From the NCBI GenBank assembly GCA_013239625.1, contig MU054187.1:995587-1059586 (forward strand): a DNA stretch of 64,000 nt. Direction: 5' to 3'. The position numbers were made by a program, and so were the translations under genes. Of the stretch, positions 24,111 to 36,720 are shown piece by piece; the stretch's first letter is position 1; each line of letters opens with the position of its first letter. The notes under the pieces were generated by a model. The model was not told the origin of the DNA, did no database searches, and was given only the letters and a program-made list of their open reading frames with translations. Origin of the DNA: Lama guanicoe. Lineage: Eukaryota.

Positions 24111-25416
24111 AAAATCTGGCAGCTTAAAAATAAAATGCAGGAGAGGTTTTTAGCTGAACAGTTGTGGGACAGACATCTCTGATGGTTTCACTTGATCTCT
24201 CATTTTAGTCTCATAACATCTCTGTCGCTGAAATCCACGCGGACTAACACTTTGTTATTGAAACCTGGCGTTCCCTAAGTTCGTGCTCTGAGCCGGAGCC
24301 CTGAAAGCACTCTCGGCGTGTTCCTGGTGGGTTCTTCTCCTCATTTTGAGCTGAGCAAGTCGAGCCTTAAAGACGCCACGTGCCCTCCCACAGGCCGCTA
24401 CAGCGGTTCTGACAAGATCCCCGTCTTCTTCAGATCTGTTAGCTTGTCCCTGACGGTGTTGTCACGGGCTTGAAAGACCTCTTCAGACTTAACTTCCACT
24501 TCACAATTCCTGTCTTATTCTCCAGTCTTCTACTGAATAGTTTAGCTTGACAAGCGCGTTCTCATTTTCTGCCTTTGAGTTGTGCTCGCGCCTCAGGAAG
24601 CACCGTCATCTTTGGTTCGGAGTGTCCTCTGCCTCCTGTAGCCACTGGATTTTGGTAACGACGCACTTCGTCCATCTTCCTCTCTCCGTAGATTCCTGGT
24701 TTTCTTTGCTTTGTGTGACTGACATCTAACACTCAGTTGTGGGTGTTAAACTAACCCGATGGCAGTGGGGGAGCCCCTCTGGGCGGAGGGTTGTCCATCC
24801 TTTGCTGGAGGTGTTGGGAAGAAGCCACTGTCTGCACAGCTGCCTTGACTCTGTCAACTCTGCGGAGCTCCCAGGCTCAGGGCGTGGAGGAGGCCAGCCC
24901 CTCTCTCCTCCTTGCCTTTTAGGTCCTGCATGATCTGTGTGCCCATTCCCTAAGGGTTCCAGATTCTCCACATCACAGATGGACTGGTCTTCACCCACTG
25001 GCTTTCCTGCCCTGGTCCCAGAGCTTCTTCAGGCCAAGTAGGAGAAGGTCCTGTGGCTGTCCCCAAGCAGAGCCAGCACAGAGCTCCAGCCAGGCATGAC
25101 GGTTGGAGAAGCCGCTCTTCCTTGGCTGGAGCTGCTAATGGACGTGAGGTTGGCGTGGAGGCTGGTTGGGACGCTGTCCACCAAAGACTTGCTAACGAGT
25201 CATTTGAAGTAGTAGGGCATGATGACAAGGACATGGGTCAATGATCAGTGCCACAAAGGTGAAAAGGTTCCCTTAAAATATCTGCACACGCACAAAGGAC
25301 GATTTACAGTTTAACCGCAAATTAAGAATGAGTGCCCAGCCCTCATGCACTGGACTGAGTGTATTTACCTCCGCTTGGCTTTGTGCTTCATCTCTGATTC
25401 ACTGATCTCCTTAAGA

Positions 25417-25502
25417 TCTCCCCTTCTCTTTCTTTTTTCTTTTCTTTTCTTTTCTCTTCTCTTCTCTTTCTTCTCTTCTCTTCTTCTCTGTTCTTTTTTC
25501 TT
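25417..25502. repeat. (TTTTC/TTCTC)n polypyrimidine low-complexity tract
   Basis: About 85 nt of almost only C and T. Confidence 0.9.
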
Positions 25503-27559
25503 ATGGGCAGGAAGCTCAGCTCATGAGATCTCAATGACTTAGTTATTTTGAATTCCATGAACCATGTGAAGAGAGCTGGGACTCACTTTACCCATTCAGA
25601 CTGATGTGCGGCTCTTGAAAAGACAGACTGTTGGAAAGGGCGCAGGGTTTGAAACATGGCGGACGACACGGACCAGCAACAAGCGACCCACATTGTAGGA
25701 GAGCCAGGGGCTCTTGTCAGGCTCAGCCTGGATGAGCGAATCTGCATGAAAATAGAAACGACAGAGAGCTTCGAGGCACGTTACGTGCTTATGATCAACA
25801 TTCGAATATGATACTGGGAAATGTGGAGGAAGCTGTGACAGCTGTAGAAACCGACGAGGAGGCGTGTGAAGAGATATGTAAATCGACGAGACGGAATATT
25901 CCGATGCTCTTTGTTGGGGAGATGCTGGTGTGCTGGCTGCCCCACCCCTGAGAGTTGGCTGAAACAAAGAATTTGTCCTGTGGGGAGAATAGGAGACTTT
26001 GTATTATTGCCTCTTTAAATGTAGAAGACACTCAAAAGAGAAACGTGTACATTTCGATGTTAAGAAATGACCAAGCATTCCTCCATTCCTGAAATAAGTC
26101 GATTTGCAGATAACTAGCAAATTCCTAAGATAAATGGCATTTTAGTTTTTCTCCATCCCTTCCAATAAATGTGATCACCAAGCTGCAGAACAAAAAAAAA
26201 GAAAGAAAGCAAGCAAGCCTGTTGTGTTGCCCGATACGTGGACTCACTGGATGCCTTTGAGGTCCTTACTTCTCCGCTGTGATGAGTGAGATCTAAACTC
26301 CAAGTGCTCAAGGGAGCCTGTCTTGCCCGAGGGACTGCTTGTGAGCACACACTTCTGGGTAACTAAACTGTCCTATTCCAGCAACACTTCCAAGGATGGA
26401 GTTACTACTGGTTGAATTCTTAAGAATGTACCAGTTTCTATCGCAACATTTTGACCCTTAAGGAAAGTTCACAGGACAGCCAGTTTCACTGGTTCCATGC
26501 GGACTTTTCCCCTTTCGGTAAATCTTCAATATTAGTTGCTTCACTTCTACTAAAACTGAAGGCAGATAGATTATTGACCATTTCAAACGCCTGGTGACTC
26601 ATGGCTGATAAAAGGAACAATTTACTTCCCGTTTTAACCATGACAGTTAAGGTTTTGACCAGGAGCTATTTCCAGTCTGTGTGCTATTCCTCTAGCCCTC
26701 CTGACTGTTTCTCCTTTTAAAATGAAGTCAGGGATTCAGGGAAAATGCTTACTCTTTGCCAATGAAGTCAAAGGTAGCTTATTAATACCTTAATATTTTT
26801 TATGAAAAGGATATATCTTGCTTCCACAAAATAACAAATTTGATCATGCCGTGAATATCTGGGCAGTTGGTTTTGATCTGACCTGTAGAAAATCTGCCAG
26901 TCTTCACCTCCACGGTCTGCCAAATGTGGGCTGTGCCCAGTGCTCTCCAGGCGTCACCCACTTCTCAGAGCTCAGCGGCAAGTGAATTTCTCCAAGAATT
27001 CTAGAAAATATTGTCACTGTTTTGAATATGTGCATTTCTCCACTTGCAAAAAGCTCACATCACACTCTTTTTTAAATATTATATGATATAAATCTGCTGT
27101 CTAAACCTACCAAAACTCTTTTTCCTTTGGTTATTCAGAAAACCCTTATAATCTTATGGTTGGCAGGTAATGTTGAGTTTACCTATTCCAACACTTTTAT
27201 TTTTGAGGATAGTTAAATTGAGACCAAAAAAGGTGTCTTTACCCCGGTTTTACACAGCTAGTTAGCAGTCACACTAAGACTAGAAGATAGTTTTGTCTAA
27301 TTCATCATTCTGTTGTATCATCGCCAACACTCCAGAGGGGAAAGCAGTGATGTTTTACCAGTGAAAGGAGAGATAAACAGTCAGGGGACTAAAAACCAAA
27401 TAATAAGTGTAACTAACTAAACACTATGTCCATACCCAGGCTTTATTTTTTATTTTTTAAACTTTTTCTTACTGAATGAAAGGTTCTTTAAACTCTATAG
27501 TGCTTTACAATTTTCAGAAGTTGCACACACATGATCTCATATAATCCCATAATAACCCC

Positions 27560-27690
27560 CCGATATAATTCTCTCCCCCTAAATCGCCCCGCCCCCACTG
27601 CCCCGCTGGTAACCACTAGTTTGTTCTCTGTATCCATGAGTCTGCTTCTTTTTGCTTTCTTCACTAGTGTGTTGTCTTTTCTGGATTCAA
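27560..27690 (-). mobile_element. L1 3'UTR fragment next to a MIR remnant (about 27490-27560)
   Basis: ctggtaaccactagtttgttctctgtatccatgagtctgcttcttttt…ttcactagt is a typical laurasiatherian L1 3'UTR antisense motif. Confidence 0.6.
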
Positions 27691-28828
27691 TGTATCTATT
27701 CAGGATTTAAAAACAACGTCTAAGGGAGCCCTCCTGCACCTTTAAAGGCAGGTGTGATCGGCCCTTCTTACTGCCGGCCGCGCTGAGGCGCAGAGGGTGG
27801 CTGCCTTCGTAGGTCCGAGCGTGCAGGTAGGAGGTCCAGACATCTGCAGTCACAGCTGGAGTCACAGCGAAGGCCCATGGTCGCTGGGCACCGCATCCCT
27901 TTCCTGGGAGATGGACTCACGGGCTGTACTTTGACTGAGTGCTTAGTATTCCTTCGACTTTGGTGACTTTCTGCTTTAAATGTTGTCAGTTCCCATTGGC
28001 ACCACTCTCTGCTGTGAGAGACCAAGACAAAACCTCGAGGCACTGCAAAAGCACCGTGGTCCCCGCACTGCTGATCCGATTTTCCACGCAGCATCTGGAT
28101 CTCACCATGGAGATACACGCCACTTACCAGGCGTTTCCCAGGCTCGGCTCCTAGAGGGCCGGTAGGCGAGGGGAGGCCTTTGGCCAGATTCCTAAGTCCT
28201 TGGCAGAATAATTTTAGGGCCCAGATATGTCATCTTATTTTCAAAACCACTTTTCTTCTGCTTTCTTTAGATTGACACCTGTTTCTTCTTGGTGCCACAT
28301 TTTACTTCAGTTCAGCTGGATGGATTTTCTCATCAAAGAAATCCCCCACCATGTTGCATGGGTCAGTGGCTATTTGTTTCATACAGAAAATACAGACTTA
28401 AATTTCTTATCTGGTTTATTTTACACTTTGCAGGCAGACATTTTTCGTATTCTTCTGTGTACAGTAATAAAAACCTCATTTTGGAATTTGAGCAAAATAC
28501 ACTGTACAGTTGGTGAGCTGCAGAACCCCACTGAGCCAATTTGTGTCATTGAGGCGAAACCTAAAACAAACAACCCAAACCGTGTCCTTTGATTGAATTA
28601 TCTAGATTGCCAGACCTGCTCTTTCCAAATAACTGTATCTCCCGCTTTGTTTTGCTGCTTTGTAAGTAAGGTCCAGCGTAGGGAGGAAGCAGGTGTGGCC
28701 GGGAGGCGTGTGGTCCACAGGCAGCCCCAGGCCATGCACAGCACAGGGGCGCTGACAGCATCATTACTCCTGCCTGACTCTGGACACATCCGTGAAAGTG
28801 GGGCCTCAGGAGATAAAGCAAATAAGAC

Positions 28829-29389
28829 TTTTTTTTTTTTTTTTACTTTTTGGGTCTTTTTTTAAATTGAAGTATAGTCAGTTTACAATGTTGTGTTAAT
28901 TTCCAGTGTACAGCACAGTGATTCAGTTATATATATATATATATATATATATATTCTTTTTAATATTCTTTCCATTATGGTTTATTACAGGATATTGAAT
29001 ATAGTTCCCTGTGCTATACAATAGGACTTTGTTGTTTATCTATTTTATATCTATTAGTTAGTACCTGCAAATCCAGAACTCCCAGTTTATCCCTCTCCAT
29101 TCCCTTTACCCTGTAACCGTAAGTTTGTTTTCTATGTCTATGAGTCTGTTTCTGTAAATAAGTTCATTTGTGTCATATTTTAGATTCCACATATAAGTGA
29201 TATCATGTGATATTTGTCTTTCTCTGTCTGACTTACTCCACTTAGTATGATGATCTCCAGACCCATTCATGTTGCTGTAAATGGCATTATTTCACTCTTT
29301 TTTGTGGCTGAGCAGTATTCCATTGTACAAATACACCACAACTTCTTTATCCAGTCCTCTGTCGATGGACATTTAGGTTGCTTCCATGT
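28829..29389 (-). mobile_element. Relatively young cetartiodactyl-type L1, 5'-truncated, with poly(T) tail and internal (TA)n
   Basis: Poly(T) from 28829, then aattgaagtatagtcagtttacaatgttgtg…(TA)n…tagattccacatataagtgatatcat. The reverse strand translates to an ORF2 C-terminal-like peptide (IATWKQPKCPSTEDWIKKLWCICTMEYCSATKKSEIMPF). Confidence 0.92.
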
Positions 29390-29807
29390 AGCAATAGCTA
29401 ATTCAAGTCTTTTAAAGGCAGCACCATCCAAAGCTTTCAGAAAAACAGCACAGTGAGTGTCACATCTGAGTAGGACCACTCATCAGAGTCAGCCCTTCTG
29501 CAACCCTGACTCGTGTTACAGGTGTGGCTCGTGAACAGGTATGTGGTTGCCTCATCTCAAGCTTTCAGTGATGAAAATGACATTTTCGTGAGCTTATTTT
29601 ACTTATGGTTGTCATATCTCTAGTATATTTTAATTGTAATTAAGTGCATTCATTTTTTAAGTGTGAACATTACTAACTATGGTTGCCATTCATCTTTTTG
29701 CTGATGTTTTCATTACTGGTTATTTTGCTTGAAATATTTTTGAGCAATTGGAGTTGTCTCAGCCACAGGTAGGAGGGTGAGAGCCTCACAATTAGTGTGT
29801 CCCCAAG

Positions 29808-29971
29808 GGGGTGACAGGTGAGGAGGGATGACAGGTGAGGAGGGGTGACAGGTGAGGAGGGATGACAGGTGAGGGCTAACAGGTGAGGAGGGGTGGCAGG
29901 TGAGGAGGGATGATAGGTGAGGGCTGACGGGTGAGGAGGGGTGGCAGGTGAGGAGGGGTGGCAGGTGAGGG
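29808..29971. repeat. G-rich minisatellite, 10 units of 17/14 bp (GGGRTGRCAGGTGA[GGA])
   Basis: Units start at 29808, 29825, 29842, 29859, 29873, 29890, 29907, 29921, 29938 and 29955. Confidence 0.95.
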
Positions 29972-31129
29972 ACTGCTTGGTAAGGTCAGGCGGCTGGAAG
30001 GAACATTTTCCAGAAGCAAAGTCCCCCCAGTTCCCTTCCCACAGACACCCAGGAGAAGATAAAATCTGGAACATCAGATTGCCCTGTGTCTAAAGCTGAG
30101 CTTCCATAATTAAGGCTTTAGCTCCCATTCAGTGAGAGGTCAGGGTGCTGGCCACACCGGAGGCCTGGAGGGGCAGGCGAGTGAGAGGGGCGCCAGCCTG
30201 AGGGGCCCTGACAGGCACCGTGCCAGTGGGAGCGCTGTGCCTGCCGGCGGGCTCCCACATCAGCACTGTCCCCCTTCCTGGACCCAAACTCAGGGAGACC
30301 TCCAGGAGGGCGGCCGTGCCCCTGACAGGACAGGATGGGAGCTGTGGGGTCCACTTGTGGAGGCGGGGCTCGGGGAAGAGCAGCCCTGCACCTCCAGGGA
30401 TGGTTTGCTTGTTAATGTTTTCTTCCTGCTCAAAGAATTATGACCGGGAAACCTAATTAAGATCGTTTTCAGGTGGAAACAGTGAAGCATATAATCACAG
30501 GTGAATCATTACTGGTCATGGAGTAGAAAGGTGACACTTCATAGAGAAATATTTCTCCATTTGGGGCTCCAAAGCAGAGATTACAGCCTTCATAAAAGTG
30601 AAAATATAGCTTCAATCAGAGCTTAAATTCTCTCCTGGTTGAAAATGTGCTCTGAGCATCCACCATCATCCTTTCTGATCTCCAGTTAATGTGGAAGATG
30701 GGATCCTCCTTGCAATAGGAAAATGCAGTGCATCTAATTAGCTCGTGTGAATCTTTCGTTTGTTTCATTATTTCTTAAATACTAAAAATGAATGGGACGC
30801 ATTCTTTAGCCTTTTATCAGCAATTGTTAAATCACAACGCAGACGTTTTCTGACTTACAGGAATTGTGCTCACAAGAAAACGATCTACAATCCACGTGTG
30901 CCAGGAGATGGAGTGTGGTGGTGAAGAGAGAGAAAGGAGAGAAAAATGGAGAAAAGTGCCTGCTGTGGTTTATTATTGTCATTAAGTGACATTGAGAAAT
31001 GGGACATCGTTGACCCAGAGCCCCTTGCTGCCAGAAGGTTAAGGTTCTAGTGAACGTGTGATTCCTTATGCTCCTAGCATCATGACAGTCAACCATGCTT
31101 TTCCATAGAGACATCAGCACACTGTATAT

Positions 31130-31460
31130 TTTATAGCAGCTTTATTGAAATGTAGTTCACACACACAGTGTACACCTGCTTAAAGTGTGCCCTCCACTGG
31201 TCTTCAGAATACACCCCGGGTTGTGCAGCCGTCCATCGTATAACTTTGGAGAGTTCCATCACCCCAGGGGAGCCCGGGCAGCTCCAACAGCCCTTCCCAA
31301 CCCCTCACTCCCGGCCCTAAGCAACTGCTAAGCTACTTCCCGTCTCTACAGATCTGCTCATTCTTGGCATCTCAGATAAGTAAGAATCATACGATATGTT
31401 TTTTTTTTGCAGCTGGTATTTTCACTTAGTATAAAGTTTTCAGAGCTCATCCAGCTGGAC
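31130..31460 (-). mobile_element. L1MB-like 3' end
   Basis: agctttattgaaatgtagttcac…gttgtgcagcc…ggccctaagcaactgctaagctactt…ttcacttagtataa. Confidence 0.75.
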
Positions 31461-32225
31461 ATGCTGGCATCTTGAGAGTTTTACTATCAGCTGCTCTGGG
31501 CAAATGCACTGTGAGTCATTCTGAGGGACAGACACACAGCCGTGGTGGACAGATGTTCACTGGCGCCACGTGGACGTGAATGGGAGGGAAAGAGCGGCAA
31601 CGTGGGTGGGAGTCTGAGGCACTGGGTCTCCTTCCAGCTCGGTTCTGCTGCTCAAGGCTTGTGTGACTGCGGGTCGGTGTCTCCGTGGTTAAAGATGAGA
31701 GACGTGAGGGCCGTTTACCTTGCTTCTTTGCCCTGCGGGCAGCACTCTGACCAGGTAGCACTGTCTCCACACTTTTCCTCCTCAGTCCTGTGAGCCAGGT
31801 AGGGTTCGGGTCCGGTGCTGATGGGTCTGGGTTCCCGTTTCTGTCGGCTGCTCGGTTTTGTGTTGTGCCTTTAGAAGATGATTTGAGCTCAAATTCATGA
31901 AGCAATGCTATGAACAGCTTCCAATCTATTTCAGTGCGTCCTACAACCTGTTTTAAATGGGACCTTACTGAGACTTCGTTTTCTCCTCTGTTTTTCGTAG
32001 CTGATCTGACAAAACATGTCTTTGTAAATCTTTTCAGTTTAGAAAGAATTTTGCTTTGCCTCCTCACTAATGTCTATTTTTAAAACTTATTTCTAAAGCT
32101 CGACACGAGAAAAGTGGTATGAGTCAAATCTGTTAACTTTCCACAATTTATTTTCAGCGTAACACAAATTAAATTGAATATGTGCTTCACACGTCACAGG
32201 GCTTATTCATACTAGGCCCTCAGAA

Positions 32226-32538
32226 TGATTGTTAATTTTATGTGTCAAGACCGAAGTGCCCGGGTAATTGGTCAAACATTATTCCTGATGTTTCTGTAAA
32301 GGCTTTTTTTCCTGATAAGATTATGCATTTAAATCTGTAGACTTTGAGGAAAGCAGATTGCCCTCCCTAATGTGGGTGGGTGTCATCCAATCAGTTGAAG
32401 GTCTTCAGTGAGAAAGACTGGCCTCCCTGAGCTGGAGGGAAGCCTGCATCTGATGGACTGCTGGTCTACCCTGCAGATTGGAGACTTGCCAGCTTCCACA
32501 ATCATGTGATCCAATTCCTTAAGATCAACCTGTGTGTG

Positions 32539-32584
<46 letters not shown>

Positions 32585-32648
32585 CACACTCACACACATG
32601 TGCACCTCATTCCATAGGTTCTGTTTCTCTGGATACCCCTGACTCACC
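32226..32648 (+). mobile_element. MLT2 (ERVL) solo LTR with embedded (CA)n at about 32542-32582
   Basis: gttaattttatgtgtcaa…aaagcagattgccctccctaatgtgggtgggtgtcatccaatcagttgaagg…ggttctgtttctctgga…cctgact. Confidence 0.85.
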
Positions 32649-35069
32649 CTCTTAGTGACATGGGCTTACTCCTCTCTTCCTCCCACGGTGGCAAATCTCA
32701 GGTCCAGGTGTGTCCTGCTCACCTTCTCAATCCTCCCTCCTGACACAGTCCCTGCACAGGGCAGGAGCACAGTCATGTGTGTTGAAAAAATAATTAGTCT
32801 TGTCTTTTATTCATTTTTATTGTACTCCTATTTCTTTGTCCTTTTTGACCAGAATTTTTATATTTATCCAGCTCAGTGACAATAAGTATTCATTAGTGAT
32901 GTCCTTGATGCAATGAAGTTTTAAAAATTATCTCACGAATCTGGAAAGTAGTTGGGAATCTGTTCAGTATAATTCTGAAGCCACATCTAGGTCCTTTCTT
33001 GTGGAATTGGTAGTCGTATGTGGTGCGTGAAGAACTGCCCAGGCACCTTGGTGCCAGCATTTAATGTGCGCTCAAGTTTATTTGTATAGCACTCACAGAG
33101 GTGACTTGAAATGACTCGTGGCGTTCAGAGTAGGAGAAGACATGGGATTTCTGACCTTAATTTCCAGTTAAAACAGAAATTGCTAAGCCAGCACTATTTT
33201 TTGTGACATGAAGTCGAGTGCCACATACCTCTTCTTGATGAAAGTCTGTTATCCTGGAAAATGTAAACCCTGAGCTGAGAGCGCCCATCCCCCCGCCGCT
33301 GGGAGCGCACTGGCGTTGGCTGCCCCACCGAATGTGCTAGAACGGCACGAGTCACCTGTCGTCAGCAACGCTGGCCGCCCTGGGTCACGTTAGGCAGATG
33401 GTGACTGCTGCACACTGTCCACTCTGAGAGCATGGTTTTCCACTGCAGGTTGTGACAAATCTAGTCACAGAGAGCAAGACGTTTAACAGGGGACGATGAT
33501 GACCCTGGTGGTGGAGTGGTGGTGCTGAAATCTTCAGCCCTTTCTCTACCCCTTTCTTCATGAGAAGCAGAATGTGTTTCTGCGTATAGTGAACATGAAT
33601 GTACATGACTATGCATGTTTATGGTGACAGAGGCCTGACTTATCCACCGATGTAACAACTTGCTGTTTAATCAGTCTGTTCTCTTCCCGAGAACACGGTG
33701 CTCTGGTTTTCATGTTTACTTACCTGAGCAGAGAATGAGTTCAGAAAACAAACAATTCAGCTCATCAGTGGGGGCTCAAGAGGGCTCTTTGTCCAGACCC
33801 CAGGACGATGATCCCCACAGAAACCTGAAATCCAGGCAACCAGACACTCGACTTGTATTTCCCTGAGGTGGAGTTTGTCAGGGACCTCAGCCAGTGCTCC
33901 ACCAGAAGGACTTCATTTTCAGACCACAGGATTTTTTTTAATGGAAATAGTACAAATAGGCACCACTCTGGCTGTGTGATCTCAAAGATATTTAAAACCA
34001 AACATTGTATTACACATTCTTAGTTTATTTCCACTCCCTTTTTCTTTTCTTCTGCGTGCTATTTTTATGAAGTCACTGAGTTTTTTCCAGCTTTATCCTG
34101 TAGTCCACAGGAAGGTCAAGGTTGTCAGTGTGCTGGCCACTGTGGCTCCTACTTTCGTGCCAGCTCTTCTCATGCCTCCCCTCAACTCTCGTCGAAATGT
34201 CAGGCATCTTCCAGACCACGTGGTGTTCCCGGTGCTTTCAGCACGTAATATTCGTACTAAAAACAAGTTTGGTTTCTATTTCTGATTGAATTTTTTCTTA
34301 TTCCAATCTCTAATGGTGTCTCTATTTTTCTTGCTTCTATTAGGAAAATGGTGGGAAAGAAACAGACTTTGGAGTCTGACTACTTGGGTTGAATCTTTGG
34401 TCAAGTTGCTTCTCTAATGTCTCAGTTTGTGGGTCTGTGACATGATATAGGTTTTTTTTTTTTTTGAAGTCAAAGGATTTCATCAGGCAGAGCAGCTTGC
34501 ATTTTCATCTAATAGAAGCACATCAGTGTTGAAACAACTTTTTACATGAGGAAAAACTGCATTTAATCTAGCGGACACACATCACCAGTAAAAGTGAAGA
34601 GTGCGTGGAGCTGTAAATCGTAGGTCTGCAACTGAAATATAGTCAGTTCTTTAGATGGATTAGTTACCATTATTGTTTTTCATGTTTAAAAGTCGATTGC
34701 TTATTCCAGTTCTTTTGAATAAAACATAGATTTCTCCTCTGAAATTGATTTAGTTTTATTTCACGTTTTCCCCAGTGGTAGTTAATTTGTGATAAACAAA
34801 GGGTGCGATGACTTGGGAAATCATTTTCTTTATTTTACAGCCATATTTCGTGTGCGATAATCTACACCTAGCATGTAATTAATGCCCAACAAATATTTTT
34901 ATGACTCTGCTGCAGTGCTAACAGCCATATTGCGTTTTATGTAAACTTAGTGTTATGTCATTAATTTGCCAGCGATACTTTTTCAATCTTTCTCTAAACA
35001 ATGTCAACAAGTGTTTTCATGCTCGGTCTATTTGGAGACGACGCCGTGAGTGAAAGTGAAGGCCAGCAC

Positions 35070-35230
35070 TTCCCTAAGCATCGCTCTCAACGCCGAGGCA
35101 GGTGAGCGTCCTCGTAATGGCCCCATAACACTGGGCCTGCTCTGACTTTATGTCACAGACGGATGAGCTGACCACAGACAGGTTAGGTGGCTTGCGGGAC
35201 GTCACATTCATACGGTGGCAGAGCAGGGCC
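35070..35230 (-). mobile_element. MIR SINE fragment
   Basis: cctcgtaatggccccataa…cacagacggatgagctgaccacagacaggttaggtggcttgc…gtcaca…gtggcagagcaggg. Confidence 0.55.
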
Positions 35231-36313
35231 TCGAGCGGCGCCCGCCTGGCTTTGAATTCCGCGCCTTTAATAACCATTCTCTTCTTCCACCGAAGCGCAG
35301 AGGCCCTGTCCTCAGGGAGTGCCCAGCCCACCCTCCCACCGTGTTTTCACCTACTACAAAGTCTGCTTTCGTAGCTCTGAGCCTACGAAGCTTCCTGCCT
35401 GGGTTTACTGTCTCCTTCGGTGTACAACTTTGCTCAGTGTATGTGGAGGTGAAAGACTTTTCATATGATAAAATCTTCAATATACATCATTTTTTTTGTT
35501 TTCAGTTTTTGTCAATTTAGGATAATGTGTAGACTGTGTTTATGTTCCAATGGGCTAATCTGGGCAAAAAAAATTCTTTTAAGTTCAGTAAATGTAATCT
35601 TATCCTTTTTCAATCTACCTTTACAGTGTCAGTGCTGGGTCTTCTGAGTTCAGCCCTTTCTCTGAAATATCTCTTTCATTTGTAGTGAGAATTGCTAGGT
35701 GTTAATTATCACTGAAAGTGGAATTAAAGCAAAGAAAATTTTGTTAAGCAGAATTAATTACTAGGCTGGCATGTAAGAGAAAGTTTTTAAGTGACTAGAA
35801 AGCTGCCATGAGCGTGTGTGTCTCACTATTGACATTTGTGGGTCAAGGTAATGATTATCGAAGAGCCTGTTTCTCCAGCACCTCTTTGCTGCTCTGCAGA
35901 AGTGTGTGCACCTGTCCAAGCAGGTACGGGAATGAGGGCGCCCTCCTCCCACCGCCATCCTGTCCTTGTTCCTCAGGGCGGCAGAGGCCAGCCCTCCCCA
36001 CCTTGCAAGCCCAAGTACGTTTCCCGTACCTGGTGGACAGTCTCTGCTTATTTTTTTGCAAAGAAATACAGCAGTAACTGCTCAATGTATATTTATGTCT
36101 ACTTATACATTTTGTAAGGGAGTGAAGATTTTCGCAGAGAAGAATGAGTATGTTTTCTGTTCTTCCATTTTTTTCTGTGCCAATGCCAGTTGTTCACACA
36201 TGTCCTTGAGTTTGATGATTTGAAATGTGCTTGACTTACCATATAATAGCTCATGGGATTTCAACACCTGCCCCCCCCCCACCGGGTCCTGCTGCATTTT
36301 ACCTCAAGGGTAA

Positions 36314-36720
36314 GTGTGGTGGTGAATTTTTGCATCAACTTGACTGACCACAAGATGCCCACGTTAGACCTTACTCCTGCTTTTGTGAGGATGTTTTGGG
36401 GTGATATTGGCGTTTGAATTGGTAGGTGGTCCCCCCAGTGAGGCAGGGCACCATCCCATCCCCTGCGGTCCTGAGCGGAGCGAAGGGCAGAGGAAGAGGG
36501 GTATGCCCCTTGCCTGCCTTACTGCCGAGCAGGGACATCTCACCTGATCTGTACTGCCCGGGATGGGGCGCTCCTCCGCAGGCCACCCTGGTTCCCAGGT
36601 CTTTGGAGGCAGACGGACCAGAACCATTGACTCTCCTGGGTCCCCAGCTTGCAGCTGACAGAACCTAGGACCCTCCACCTCTGGTCATGCAAGCAAATCC
36701 CTCGTAACAGATCCGAAAGC
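36314..36720 (+). mobile_element. MLT2 (ERVL) solo LTR, diverged
   Basis: tgtggtggtgaatttttgcatcaacttgactgaccac…gtgaggatgtttt…ctctcctgggtccccagcttgcag…gcaaatccctcgtaa. Confidence 0.8.

Noticed and set aside
36103..36297. Minus-strand coiled-coil-like peptide (IIKLKDMCEQLALAQKKMEEQK) and a GTAAGT donor near 36239
   Set aside because: No acceptor/donor pair brackets the peptide, no partner exons are visible, and I recognise no homology.
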